64,000 nucleotides of DNA from Epiperipatus broadwayi (taxonomy: Eukaryota; Animalia; Onychophora): NCBI GenBank assembly GCA_028023455.1, contig JAQFVV010000009.1, forward strand, positions 15,562,001 to 15,626,000. The letters are read 5' to 3'. The first letter of the stretch is position 1. Each line of letters starts with the position of its first letter. A program made the position numbers and the translations under genes. The notes beneath the pieces were generated by a model, which was not told the DNA's origin, made no database searches, and saw only the letters and a program-made list of their open reading frames with translations. Positions 25,301-38,910 of this stretch are shown piece by piece.

Positions 25301-27632
25301 TTCACATAGGAAGATTAGTCATTCATACAGAATAAAATAAATACAACAACTGTTAATTAAAATAAACAACACATAGTCTGTCCACTAATAGTGCATGTAA
25401 TTAATCTGGAATGGTATCAAATTCTTACCTTATTTCATATTACATGGTGGTGATCCAAATATCAAGTCACTACAGAGGAAACTGACCTAAACTTTATTTA
25501 CATAAAAAAATTATCTAAGTTAATAATCCCCCCCGCCCATACTATGTTGCTTTTAAACATATGGACTCTTCCAAGTGTAGGCACATTGAAATTTCTAAGT
25601 GTAGAAATGAAATAAGAATAGAATTTTACAAATGTATAAAAAAAATCTAACACATAATAAATCAAGTTTTCTTCAATTATCCAGATTAAAGTCCATGAAT
25701 CTAGTGATAATGTCTCTTATGGATACAGTCTATACCCTTCTTTTCATTATACTGTAGGTAAGTTCTTCCTCGATCATGAATTTCTCAGCAATGTGCTTGG
25801 AACAATGTTTCCATTTTCTGCAGCTGCTTTCTTCCTGGATCCATTCAAACATTTCATATGGGTCGTTTTATGTTTCTTTAGGCACTTTATAGATGAGTGA
25901 ATTAAATCATTACACTTCTATGGTTGGGAGAATAGAAATTCATGTCCTAGGGTGACTTTATTTAGCCAGAATACATTGCTTAGTACTTTATAATAGATTT
26001 AATTTTTTTCAGTTTATTATTTGGTATTTAACGAATTATATAAAAGAAAAATTTTACTTCATCATTTATCTATATAAGCTGGTGATGTACTCTTTCCTTT
26101 TTTCCTCATTCGAATAATAGTGCAGTCTTTTATTTTAAATGTCAACTCAAAATCAGTTTAATTCTTGTGTTAAACTGCTAGAAATTATCAACTTTCCTTA
26201 TTGCAAAAGCTAATTAAGATTTCTTTCAACTTTTTGCGATATGAAAATTATATGGCTGATACAAGATATTTGAACAAATCGTCCGTCTTTCCTTGCATTC
26301 TAAGATTCGATCTTGAGATATTGTTTGTATGTGGTTATCTTTCGATAAATAACAAAAGACGATGGAAATGAACTGGGTTCACTTTTATACCATGCCTAGT
26401 GTATGAGGTTTTCCATTTCCTCTTTTATTGGTGTAGTTGTCTATTGTTGCATGTACTAAATTGTTGTAGTTAAAATTAAAATTACATAATAATCTCTCAT
26501 TTTTATTACTTGGGTACCTAGGTATTGACTTGATATTAGGTCATCGCTATGTCTACTAAGTTGAAGTCATAAATCGTGATACCTAATACATTGACAAATA
26601 CCTTATTGATAGTATTGTATATATATGAAAGATTTTATTAAATGGCCTTTTTTACTTTACTTTGAAAAAGCTAAATTATACCATTAAGACATTATTTAAT
26701 TTAAGATTTAATAAAACAAACTTTTGCCATGTGTATATATATACGTATATTTGTGTATACTTGCATTATAAAACAATTGACTGCATATCCAACTATCTAT
26801 TATCTATTTTATGTTTTAAATTGGTTTGATTTGCTGTTGTGGATAAATAAGGGCTTGTCTAGACAGGATTGTAAGCTACCCTTACAATATTTATTAATAA
26901 CTGAAATACAGGCTTATTATATACCTGTATCAATATATGTAATATATAGAGTATATGAGCACAGACTATCAGATTTTTAAAGTGGTGGGTCGTATGAAAG
27001 TTTGTGCTCATATATCCTATATAATATATATTAATAAAATTTATTTGGTTTATTTTGAAAATGCATTTTATTCTTTTATTATTTCATTCCAAATTTGATA
27101 TATAATATTTTACTTAATAAAATAAGTTTTATAAAATTTTAGAACATATGAAAAGTTGATGTTTATTTAAAACATCAAACTAATTAGAGAGATTCTAATT
27201 TCTTGATAACAAGACCATTATTATGTTTTCATAAGAGAAAAAAATTATTGAAAAAAAAAGAATATTGTCCAAAGCATATTTATTAGTGAAGAAAGTCAGT
27301 TTCTAAGTAGTTCATTTTTAGGAGTAAGGCATATATTTTAAATTATAGATTGTCTTTTAATTTAGATTTGGAGTTACTTATGTACATTAACAAATGACAT
27401 AATGTCAATCTGTATATCTGAATATCAGCTTATTAATACGAGCACTCCACATTTTATAATTTTTAGAATTTTGTAAATTATCTTGTAGCTTTTCCATTCT
27501 TAAATCAAATTTGGATTATTTTCTTGGAAAGTTTACAAATTTAATCTTAACTTTTCCTTTGCATTGCCTTAATTAATTAATCCATTTTTTATAACAATTC
27601 TTTATTTCTAATACAATGCTTACATATCACCC

Positions 27633-27675
27633 ATCTAACAACAGTTTCGATTGCCCCTGCAATCTTTTTCAGAAC
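27633..27675 (-). ncRNA. Hammerhead-like motif in left pLTR arm
   Basis: CTGAAAA-A-GATTG-CAGGGG-CAATC-GAAAC; one core change; stem I weak. Confidence 0.45.
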
Positions 27676-27740
27676 TATAAAATATATACACATACACATA
27701 AATATACAAATTGTATAAAAAATACAAATTATATAAAAAA

Positions 27741-30033
27741 TGTGCGGGAGAGATAGTCCTTCCACTCTCATTCTTACACTCCCTTTTCTTCGTCCGTCGT
27801 GCCCACCGCCTGTCCTCCTGGTGTTCACCCCTCCAAAAAAAATAAAAGTTGGTTTATATCACCACCACGTCGATCTGTGGGGTGGGGCGTCTTTTTTTCT
27901 GTCTCCTCTTCTCTTATTATTTTTTTATTATTAAAATAAAAAAAAAAAAAAAAAAAAACACTTAAAAAAAAAAAAATTAAAAAAAAAAATTATAAATAGA
28001 GAAAAAAATCCAAAAACACATATTTAAAATATGGATAAAGGTAGGATTTATACAAATAATATTATAAGATTAGAAATAAAAGTATAAAGTCAGTCTAATG
28101 TGTATTAGAGTAGGTAAGTATGCATGGGTATATACGCACATACACTGGTAATATTCGGTAAATACGATACCTTATGATGAGTATCTTAAATGTATTTATC
28201 CAGATATCCTTTTAGGTTATTTTCTTGGTACTGCTGCACCTTATGGTGAGTGCAAAAGGATGTATTTATTATAGATTCCCTGTATGCAAGTCCAGTAATA
28301 ACTCGATATCTGAGAATATTAGTAGGTGTAGAATTATGCTGCTCGTATACACATGTGTAGGAATTATCTAAAATAAAAAAAATTAATAAATCTTTATAGT
28401 CAACAATTAAAATTGCAAGAGATAAAATGGTCAAAAATGACACATTTTACTCTAAAATGGAGGGGGGTGTAATGTGCCAATGCCAAATTGGCACATGTAT
28501 ATAAAATAATTTTGTATAAAAATTATTATCAAAACCTTTCGGAAAAAAGAATTTGAAAGTGACAATTAATTACTTTAAAGAGGGGAGAGGGAGTTTTCCT
28601 ATAAAAAAAAAAAAAAAAACAAACTAAGAGTTTCATAAAAGTTAAAATTATTATAAATTAAAAGTTTAAAAAAATATAAAAATCTCTTTTCATTCCAGTT
28701 TATTATAATAGATTATATTAGTGCGGGAGAATGTAAACAAAAGTATGCATGTTAGAATAATATTAAAAAAAATAAATAAATATTGAAATGAAATGTATTT
28801 AGAAACACAGTGGTGGACTGCTAATTAAAGATATGAAAATAACACATTTTAAAATAGCTACTACTAATCAAATATGCAATCGAAAAACACGTTGTCATAT
28901 AATTAATCTAAAGGAATTTCGACAACACGTATTGCCGGAGGATATTAAAACAAAAACACTTGGCAGGTATAAATAGACTTTTTTTCGTTTTATCAGACAT
29001 TCAGTTGGAGTTTGAAATTCAGTCTAGTTTTACTGTGTCAGTTTACAGAAATGCACTGCTGAAAAGCTTTTGGAAATATACGCTTGTGCTCCAGCCTTTT
29101 TAGTCCCATAAGATCATCAAAACCTGCCTGAGAAATAATGTCTGGATAACAACACAGAAACCCTCCGTCAAAACGTGCAGCTGTCTCCAAGAAGAAACTA
29201 ACGGATTACCATAAATTCTCTTCCATAAACAAAATCTAACCGGTTAGATACAATCGATCAGAAGCAGCAGAAGTAGCCACCGACAAGAAAAAAATCCTAG
29301 GTATCTGTTTTATTATTATTTACAAGTAGTAGTCACCACTGTGATCCGTAAATATTGAAGAATAACATTATATGAACTCTATCCTACATAAAAGGAACTA
29401 TTGATGTGTGTGCGTGAGTTTCAGATGTTATTAATGCTTTATTATTATTTTTGCGAATGAGAGTTAATTTAAATGTCTAAGATTATGTTGCTTTGTTCAT
29501 GAAATATCCTATCATATGTTAATGTAAAAAAAAAAATGTGCGTGTGTGAAATTTGGATTTATAAAATGTTTAGAATGCGTTTATGTTGGTTAGTAAATTA
29601 TATTTAAACTTAATTGATGTTGATTGAAATAAATTATCTTTAAAATTAAACTTGATCTGTCGGTCAATTCTTTTTATCAATCTCTTATTAACCATAAATA
29701 TCATTGATTAAAATTAGACTGGGCTGGTTAAGGGAATTGTTTCGAGCTGGATTATGAGCCTACCACCCCAATATGTTAGTCTTCAGACTAGCTGGCGCCC
29801 GGGGTTTACCCGAAACAAATAAAGTATTTGGATGGTAGGGGTTTGAATCTAGCAGCCGAGATGGGCCATTATTGATAGTTAAAGCTATTAATAAGATCTC
29901 CCATTTTGCTCGAACGTGCCGGTTCGTTCACCTAACTTTTATAATATTATAAATGTATTGTGAAGGAGTTTGAAACCGGCCAAAACTTATATATACGTAT
30001 AAGTAGGTGGTTTCAGCGGTTCGACCCGGTACA
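27741..30033 (+). mobile_element. TG...CA element copy 3 (divergent family) with a nested ~1-kb insert (27752-28720)
   Basis: 3' end TCGACCCGGTACA|ATAT matches the end of copies 1/2; TATAAATA 28968, TCAG 28993/29001, donor AATCCTAG|GT 29300; GTGCGGGAGA direct repeat at 27742 and 28721; left TSD missing. Confidence 0.6.
28090..28445 (-). mobile_element. Probable PLE RT thumb fragment nested in element 3
   Basis: ORF 28186-28443 RVITGLAYRESII..NNLKGYLDKYI then VSYLPNIT, resembling PLE KxxVIxGLxxRA..NGYPxxFI..LPYI; homologous DNA at 47700-47870. Confidence 0.4.
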
Positions 30034-32111
30034 ATATATATTCATAAAAATATACAAACACATACTTATATATTCCCTTAAATACATGAATACATATAAA
30101 ACCAAATAAATAAATAAACTCCTCAAACATTTTAATCTAATCTTTTCCTTTTTTTTTTTTATTTTACTAAAATTCTATTCTTTTAAATAAATTTTCTACA
30201 CATTTTACATATATATACTTATTTTTTAATTATTATTTTATAATTATTTTTTATTTCCCCATATATACTTATTGTATTCTTATGCTATCATTTTATATCC
30301 TCCAAATATTGCACTTATTTTCATTATTCTTCTCTTATTATTTTTATTTTATATCTTCTTTTAATCCATGTTTATACCTTATATTTTATACCCATAATTT
30401 ATAATTAAATATTACATTTATAATATAATAACATTATCTTATTTATGTACCAATTCTTATTTATTTCATTCATTTTTACTTCTTTTTTTATTTATTATAC
30501 TTACTTAAACCTTTATATATATATATTATTTTATATATTCCCTATACATCTCATAAACATAAAACATAACCTCTTCAAATATTCTACACTTAAACTATTC
30601 TGTAAAACCAAGTTCTTTCTATAAAACCATGTTTAATTCCTATTTATTTCCCTATTTATTTTATTATTATAATAATAATCTCAATTAACTTTGACACAAT
30701 TTTTTTTTACTTTTTTAATCTTCCTTACTTCCCATCATCCATTTTCTTTTACAGTTAAGCTGTTTTTCACTTTAGTTTACATTTAAATCTAACGCTTTTA
30801 TACATTATCTCCCTCTATTGCTTTTTTTGTTAATTAATTTTTTAACAACTTTAAGTTTAATCTTACACTTTTATTATAATAACTTTTATATTAAAATTTT
30901 CCTCAAACCTAAATCTTTATTCATTCTTGGTTTAATATTATTTATATAAATAGCTTTTTTAATCTTTTTTCTCTCCTATTTTCTGTAAAATGTAACATTT
31001 TAATACACTCTTTATCAAACTCTTGTCCTGTCTCCAAATGTGAGAGAGACTAAGAATTCAATTTATAGGAGATTGATACAGCATAAATATGATAGGAATT
31101 TGCCAATATATATGGACAGATTGGAAACAGGACACGTGTTTGATAAAGAGTGTATTAAAATGTTACATTTTACAGAGAGGAAGATTAAGGAAGCTATTTA
31201 TATAAATAGTATTAGACCAAGAATGAATAAAGATTTAGGTTTGAGGAAAATTTTAATGTAAACGTTATTTTAATAAAAGTGTAAGATTAAAGTTAAGTTT
31301 AAAAAAAGCAATAGAGGGAACTAATGTATAGAAGCTATAGATTTAAATGTAAACTAAAGTGAAAAACAGTTCAACTATAAAAGAAAATGGATGATGGTAA
31401 GTAAGGAAGATTAAAAAGATAAAAAAAAAATTAAGTATTAGAGTTAATTGAGATTATTATTATAATAATAAAATAAATAGGAATTAAACATAGTTTTATA
31501 GGAAGAACTTGGTTTTACAGAATAGTTTAAGTGTAGAATATTTGAAGAGGTTAGGTTTTATATTTATGAGATGTATAGGGGATATATAAAATAATATATA
31601 TATAAAGGTTTAAGTAAGTATAATAAATAAAAAAAGAAGTAAAAATGATTGAAATGAATAAGAATTGGTACATAAATAAAATAAGATTAATATATTATAA
31701 ATGTAATATTTAATTATGAATTATGGGTATAGAATATAAGGTACAAACATGGATTAAAAGAAGATATAAAATAAAAATAATAAGAGAAGAATAATGAAAA
31801 TAAATGTAATATTTGGAGGATATAAAATGATAGCATAAGAATACAATAAGGAAGTATATATGGGAAAATAAAAAAAATAATACTAATAATAATTATAAAA
31901 TAATAATTAAAAAATAAGTATATATATATGTAAAATAGATGGATATTTTTTTAAAAGAATTAAAGAATAGAATTTTAGTAAAATAAAAAAAATGAAAAGA
32001 TTACAGCTTAAAATGTTTGAGGAGTTTATTTATTTATTTGGTTTTATATGTATTCATGTATTTAAAGGGAAATATAAGTATATGTTTGTATATTTTTATG
32101 AATATATATAT

Positions 32112-35087
32112 TGTACTGGTCGAAAATGTATGTCCATTCAACAAGGTTTAGAATCTGAGCAAAAGTACCCCAAATCCAATCATGCCTGAGATACACAGGT
32201 CAGGAGCAATCATGAATTCTAAATTGTTTGCCCATTTCCCAAATCTATAACACTTCGGACAACACCCTATGGTGATACTACATAAATTAATTATTTCTGG
32301 GCCTGGTGCTACATTGTTTTGCATGAGAACTCAGCTGATGATGATGATGAGAGATTGAGTGAACCCAAGATATAAGTTAAAAACATACATAAATACAAAT
32401 GTTATTAAGAAGATTTGAACTACTGGATTAAGTTTTAAAATTATAAATATTTATTTTGACAAAAATTCAAGATGAATTTTATATATGTAAAATCAACGTC
32501 ACGCAGTTTAAACTATTATTTTGGTTACAAATCTTTGACAATTTTTATACAATTATTTTCTTTTAATAGATATCAATTTAGTGCAGCAGTTACAATACTG
32601 AACGTATATTTAAAATAGTTTTTTATTCAATGTTATAAAAACAAATTTATCTGGGTGTTTTGGTGGATGTTTATACATTAAGAAAAACACATATAAAGAT
32701 ATGACAATAATAGAGTTTCACTGTTTGTACGATTTCATAGGATGCCCTTGGCATTTGGTACATAGTTTTATTTTCATTTATAGCATTTATTGACAACATT
32801 TAAATAAGGATACATTCTGATCAGTAGGTAGACTAAAAACATTTATTTCACATTTAACGGTCAAATATCGCGAAACTCTATCAAAATGAGAATGGATTAT
32901 TTCAATAAAGGGGAGAGTAGCTTCATGAGAGGTTGGATTTAACCTCCAACTAAAAATATTAAAAGAGCAAAATGTTTCATTATCACATATCATTACGATT
33001 TATTTTTTTAAACAGGCTAGAAAACGAACTATAAGAAATTGCGGTGCTAGCATTGTCAGTAAGAGAGAAAAAATGGCAGTTTTGGCCAAGAAAAGGTCAT
33101 TCTCCAATTATTAAGGTGGTATGCCAGCTTCATGCTAAAGTGGTACCAAAAGAGGAAGTCAGGTAGGAAGTTGCTATGGATCCAGTTTATAGTAAGTCCA
33201 TGCAGAGCTTCTATTACACTAACCGATTTGTTCCAAAAGTAGACTTAGACTTCTGTTATGAATGAGAACAATAACAAAAATGGAAGGCTTCAAATCCCTG
33301 GAATGAAGTACAGGTGAATCAAAGCAGTATATAATTATATACTTGGAGAATGACGAATGAAGATGATCGTGACTCCCTGGAATGAGGTACAGGTGAATCA
33401 GATCAAGCCTATGTGGCTTATTAATAATTTGATGTATGCTAACAATGTTATTATAAGAATATAAAATCATTGGATTTAAAGACTAAATATAAAGCCTTAA
33501 GTAGTTTAACAAATGCGTAATGACATGTTAAAATAATGACCCGTGTAAGATAGAATCACTAATCAGAAGTTAAAACTATAATTAATGAAGCGTGCATTTC
33601 TCCCCATTTTTGAATCAATACTATTTTGTTTAACATATAAAAAAACTAAAATTCATGCACTTAATAGTGCGAACAACAAAATACAATTTGTTCACCAGCC
33701 TTTTTGGTGATGATGATGGTGAATAAAAAAATTAATAAAATTAACAGACACCAATATCCACCCCAGATTGCAATGTATTTATACATTTTATATATTTTAT
33801 GATAAAATATTTTTTTAAAGCATGTATTTATTTTAAAATACAAACTCAATCTTACGAGCTATTTAGAAATAAAGACATGAAATAATTAACCCCCCCTCTT
33901 CTAAGTTCATAAGACTGGGTTTGATTGGCATTTACAAATAAAAGTTTAGTGAAAAAATATCATTAAAAATAAGTTATAACCGCACTAAATTATAAGAAAA
34001 ATAAGAAACATGAGTTGGATGAAATAGTTTACAATATGATTAGTTAGGGTTATAGAGAATCGATACTAAAGAAATAATTATTAGTTTTAACATACCGATG
34101 AGCGAGTTAAAAGAGATTAAATATACAGAAAACATTAATTTAAAGAGATAGGACTCATGTAAGACAATTGTAATGGCTTTAGACTTGTTACCTCAGGATT
34201 GTATGGAATAAAGTAGGCACGAGTCTTCTGTGGCAGGCGGCATTCTTTAACATGTTTCTTGGTCTCGGCGGTTCTTTGATGACATGGGCACACTTGAGCG
34301 GTAGGAGCTACATCTCTGCATGCTGAAGAGTGGAGATGAAGATGGGGGGAAGGCAGCTGAGGCCCCTCAAAAATTAAACAGATGTGGAGTCGACTAATGA
34401 CTATTGACCAAACTCTCTGACCCAATAGATTTTTAGCCCTATTTATATAAACTTTGAGTTATTCAAAGAATGTTTTTAATTAAACTTCTTAACTCTAATT
34501 AATCTTTAATTTACAGAAATATTATCTCTATCATTAGTGGAGATGCAATGGTTAGATAACTGTCCAAAAATAAATTCAAATCAATTTCCAGATTGGAAAT
34601 AGATTTGATAAAAATATTAACAGCTAACTAAAATCAATTAGCTTTGTGTTTTAAATTTTATTTTCATTAACTTTAATTAAAAAATTCCTTTTTAAAATCA
34701 TGAATTCCACCTCTTTAATTATTCTTGGACAGTTAATGACTGCATCTTCCATCTTGAATATTTGTGTAATTATATGAAGAAAAATATTTATAAAATAAAT
34801 AACATATAGTTAAGAAAAAAAATACAAAATTATTTACAAGATTTGTTTGTGCTTTTATATATATAAAAGCTCTGTTAATACACGTATATATCTGAGTTGC
34901 ATCCACAAAAGTTAATATTTAAAATTAAAGAAATTTTTTTTTTGAAATTTATATTTATAAACTTCTATAGATGCTTCTCAGAAATATACGTATAGTTTAT
35001 ATACATGTGATGAAAAAAACCAGGATGAAATGTGGGTTAAATGGTAGAAGAGTGAAGCTCGATCCTGGGCTAAGATCGACTGCTACA
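32112..35087 (-). mobile_element. TG...CA element copy 2 (3.0 kb), 4-bp TSD ATAT
   Basis: Ends TGTACTGGTCGA / TCGACTGCTACA; ATAT at 32108-32111 and 35088-35091; TATAAATA 34440-34447, TCAG Inr ~34418, donor GAG|GTAAC 34192; colinear with 15550-18170. Confidence 0.85.
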
Positions 35088-35144
35088 ATATGTATGTGTA
35101 TTTTTTTTATATAATTTGTTTATATGTATGTGTATATATTTTAT

Positions 35145-35188
35145 AGTTCTGAAGAAGATTGCAGGGGCAATTGAAACTGTTGTTAGAT
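35145..35188 (+). ncRNA. Hammerhead-like motif in right pLTR arm
   Basis: CTGAAGA-A-GATTG-CAGGGG-CAATT-GAAAC-TGTT-GTT; core boxes intact, stem I poor. Confidence 0.5.
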
Positions 35189-35299
35189 GGCATTGTATTA
35201 GAAATAAAGAATTGTTATAAAAAATGGATTAAAGTTTACAAATACTTTATATTTAGAGCATCTTCATACTTTTTTTTTTTCAGGTTTGGCTTTTGTTTT

Positions 35300-36760
35300 G
35301 GACTCATTTATTCAATTAGCTATTATATCAGCAACTTTTTTCTGTAAATACTATGACTTTTCCTATCATAATCTTTTCCTTACTCTTGTTCAAACTGCCT
35401 TTGACTGCAGAGATGTAATATTAAGTGAAAAATATTTCATTGTGAACATTATAATTTAAAAAGTTTCTGCCGGCATCCAGTCATATGTTTTGAAAATTTT
35501 TACCCTTTTGTAAAGAAATAATTCCTTTTTTTTCTTCTGAATTTTAGATTTAACTTTTTTTTATTTATGGTATATAATTATTAAAGTTATAAATTTCTCA
35601 TTCAAAGTTTTCACAAATATATTCCAAGTGTGTTTTTTTTTTTTTCAAGGTTTTCTTTCAAAACTAATGTACTGTGGTTTGGAAGAAATAACTTTTTCTT
35701 TAGCAAATACTACATCTCTTCATCAACTTTAGGTTCATTCCTATTATCCACTTTAAATATAATTCCTTTTATAGTATTTCAGTATGTTTGAAGTACTTTT
35801 AATTTTTGGATTAATTTCACCTGATCTTTTGTCTGATTTTTGTTTCCTTTAATATTTTTTATTCCTTCATTTTCTTATATAATTTTTGCCAAATTCTTCA
35901 ATATTTTGTTGGAATTTTTTCTCTATATAGACTTTAATAATGCTTGGGTTTCTTTTAATTCTCACCATTTGATCCAATTTTGTTGATCATCTACTTTATC
36001 TTATTCGCTTTTCTTGTTTATTAAAGCAGATAGATGTTCATTAATATTGTAACAGATTAGTCATTAATATAGTTCTCCATTTTTAACTTGATATAAATAT
36101 GATATAATTCTATCACTATAACTGCACCAAGACATACATTAATACTGAATTATTAGTTTTATATTAATTCTATGAATCATTTTTTGGATTATTCAGGAAT
36201 CTATTGTTTTTCATTAATTATTTTAATTAATAGCTTCATACTCCCTCTCCAAAATTCTTCTTACTCATTTTGTAGCTTTTTTTTTTGTTTAGTCTCAACA
36301 TATAATTATTAGCTAAATTCATTTTTAGTCTTATCCCAAGATTTTTCCTTTAACTTCAACTCGAAATTTTACTGACAATTGTTATGAATCATAATTCTCT
36401 GGGATATACTTTGATCATCAGGGCCAACACATTAAGTTCTAAATGTATTGGCATACAGAGTCATTTGAGTTGAGTATGTTACTGGCTAATTTATGTTTCA
36501 GGTTATGTTACCCATATTCAACAATGTGTGTGATGTGTTGGATGATCATTCATCTGATATTTAGGACAGTTGGAGGAGTTTGGAGTCAGACAAATACTTG
36601 ATTCAAAGATGGTTCTCTTTCTGTCCACTCACTTTGCAGTATCTTGAGAAACAGAATTACTCAGCTCTGCCATTCTGCAACTAACTTGTGATCTTTTATA
36701 ACTTATTATTTAACTGATTAACTTCTACTATTTGTTTGTCAGGCCTTTCTTCACTAAATT
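35300..36760 (-). mobile_element. Degenerate LINE endonuclease/linker fragment (RTE-like)
   Basis: Peptide islands such as CLGA..IKLK (~36080-36140, cf. GADxxSDH..IKLK) and MPAE (~35470); mostly closed frames. Confidence 0.35.
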
Positions 36761-37184
36761 TTTTTTACAATAATATTTTATGATGTTATAGGGATTTATT
36801 TTTTTTAATGAAAACACTTTAATCAAAACAGAAAAACAAATTTGTTCTTCTTTCATACATATATATAAAAAAAAAAAAAGAAACACAGGTATTAATTAAT
36901 TTAAAAAGAAAAGGTAAAAAATGCAACTTTCTTTTAAATATATAATACTATAGATTTGTTATCTATTCAATTAAAATTGAGAAATTCTGGACTTAATTAA
37001 TAAAAGAAAATATAATGCAACTCATGTGTGTGCATATACATTATTTGTGGCATCTATCTTACTATATAAATGTGTTTGTTTGTGATTTTATAACTAAACA
37101 AATATTGAACCAATGTATATGAATCTTGCATAATTTTTTTTTTGTATAAAATTTTACTAGTCTATTTGCTTTGTTTTAAAAAAA

Positions 37185-38170
37185 TTGAATGTGTGGAAAG
37201 TTTCTATCATAACTGTTTTCAAATGATGTCATAAAAATCCCAAAATAGGGCAATACTGATTAAAAGATTACAGACATGGAAAAAAATTTAAACGAAAAGT
37301 ATAGTTTTTGATAATGCAAAGTAAAATTTGATTTTGTATATTTTGAATTAATTAAATTTCATTTGTAATCATATATTTATTATTTGGATGATGACAATTT
37401 AAATTAATTATAATAATGAATTTGATAAACTTTTAGGATTTCAGTTTAAATATATATTTAATTCAACACATGTTAAAGTTAAAATTTAAAATGGCACCAT
37501 ATAACAAGAAAAATTCTGCTGAATTTAATAAGCTTTTACCATTTCCCTTGTGTATATTTTCACAGGATAAAGTAAGTTTTAAATATATTTAATTAACGTA
37601 TGAGAAAGTAAATTTTAAGATAGAAATAGTATTTACCTGATTTTAAAGAATCTATCAATTTTTGCTTTAATTGTTTTTTAAAAAACCTGTAATGAGCAAT
37701 ATAGAAATTCTTGGGAAATCTATATCATAACTGTTTTTGAATGACATCATAAAATGCTAAGAGAGCAGCACTGATTAAAAGATTACTGAGTTGGAAAAAT
37801 TTTTAAATGAAAAGTACAGTTTTTGATAAAGCAAAATAAAATTTGATTTTGTAAATACATTTTAAATTAATTAAATTGTGTTTATATCATGTATTTAATT
37901 TCTCATTTGAATAATGACAATTTAGATCCATTATAATAATAAATTTGATAGACTTTTAGGATTTCTAACTTAAATATATATTTAATATGTGTTAAAGTAA
38001 AATTTAAAATAGCACTAGTATAGAAAAAGAAATATTACTGAAATTCATAAACTTTTAGGATGGTTTAAATATATCTATTATGTGAAAAATAAATATTAAA
38101 ATTCCATGAGTACAATAAGAGAAATTTTACTAAATTTAACAAACTTTTACCATTTCTCTTTATAATATTT
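37185..38170. repeat. Diverged direct duplication, period ~510 bp (37190-37570 vs 37705-38170)
   Basis: Shared blocks TATCATAACTGTTTT, CTGATTAAAAGATTAC, AAAATTTGATTTTGTA, CTTTTAGGATTTC. Confidence 0.75.
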
Positions 38171-38386
38171 AAACAGCATTAAACTGTTGCACATGCGCTT
38201 TGGATTTTAAATATAAATTGAATGAATACTAACACTTCAACCACATGATAAAGTCTTTGGAAAAGATAGATGGCCATTCTATCTTTTCCAGAGACTTTAT
38301 CATGTGGTTGAAGTGTTAGTATTCATTCATTTTATATTTAAAATCCAAAGCGCATGTGCAACAGTTTAATGCTGTTTAAATATTAT
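38162..38386. repeat. Near-perfect loopless palindrome, ~110-bp arms centred on TGGCCA (38271-38276)
   Basis: Arms are reverse complements with about 2 mismatches and a 1-nt bulge; arm sequence has a diverged homologue at ~20510-20600. Confidence 0.95.
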
Positions 38387-38669
38387 TGTTTATAAAAAAA
38401 CATCGCGCTATATAAAATAATTGACTCATTTCTCTTTATGTATAATCTCACATAATAAAGTAACATTTGAATATATTTAATTAACATGTGAGAAAATGAA
38501 ATTTAAAAATGAGAGTATGTACCTGATTTTAAAGTTGTTAACCTCCATTAATTAATATATATATCATACTATATACATATATATTATATATATCATACTA
38601 TTTACAACTTTCTTAACTACTTTAACAATATTGTTTTTTATATCAAAACTTTAACAGAAATAATTATAT

Positions 38670-38910
38670 AGGTATGGGAATATTATTTCTCAATTCTCAT
38701 TATTCTCTACCTCTAACACTCTCTACTCTTCGAAGCCCCACATTGGGCACCGTTGTAATGGGTTTGAGACCCTTCTCCATCTTTTCTGAGTTGAAGTTTG
38801 CTATCATTATTAAAATATTCTTATATAATATATTATTAAATGATATTAATGATTAATACCTAAACGAAACATTCAATTTGCCAAGATGGACTTGTAGCAG
38901 CCATAGCCTG
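38670..38910. repeat. Dispersed repeat, second copy at ~42040-42265
   Basis: Alignable sequence (TTCTCATTATTCTCTA..GTAATGGGTT..TTGCCAAG); first copy flanked by ~30-bp direct repeats AACAGAAATAATTATATAGGTATG (~38653, ~38963). Confidence 0.7.

Larger units (their letters stand above)
27578..35231. mobile_element. Penelope-like element with long inverted pLTR arms (27578-27740 + 30034-31040 vs 31117-32111 + 35088-35231), each arm interrupted by a TG...CA element
   Basis: Arms align as reverse complements; central ORF 31040-31261 ETKNSIYRRLIQHKYD..ETGHVFDKE..RKIKEAIYINSIRPRMNKDLG (GIY-YIG C-half); hammerhead-like motif in both arm tips. Confidence 0.85.

Noticed and set aside
25640-26720. GC-richer block with a + exon candidate (25685-25757), a competing ~45-codon minus frame and a TATAAAA
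   Set aside because: Conflicting interpretations and no recognisable motif; left unassigned.
38750-38800. Hammerhead-like motif on minus in the 38.7/42.1 kb repeat
   Set aside because: Both core boxes are altered in both copies; only a 4-bp stem remains.
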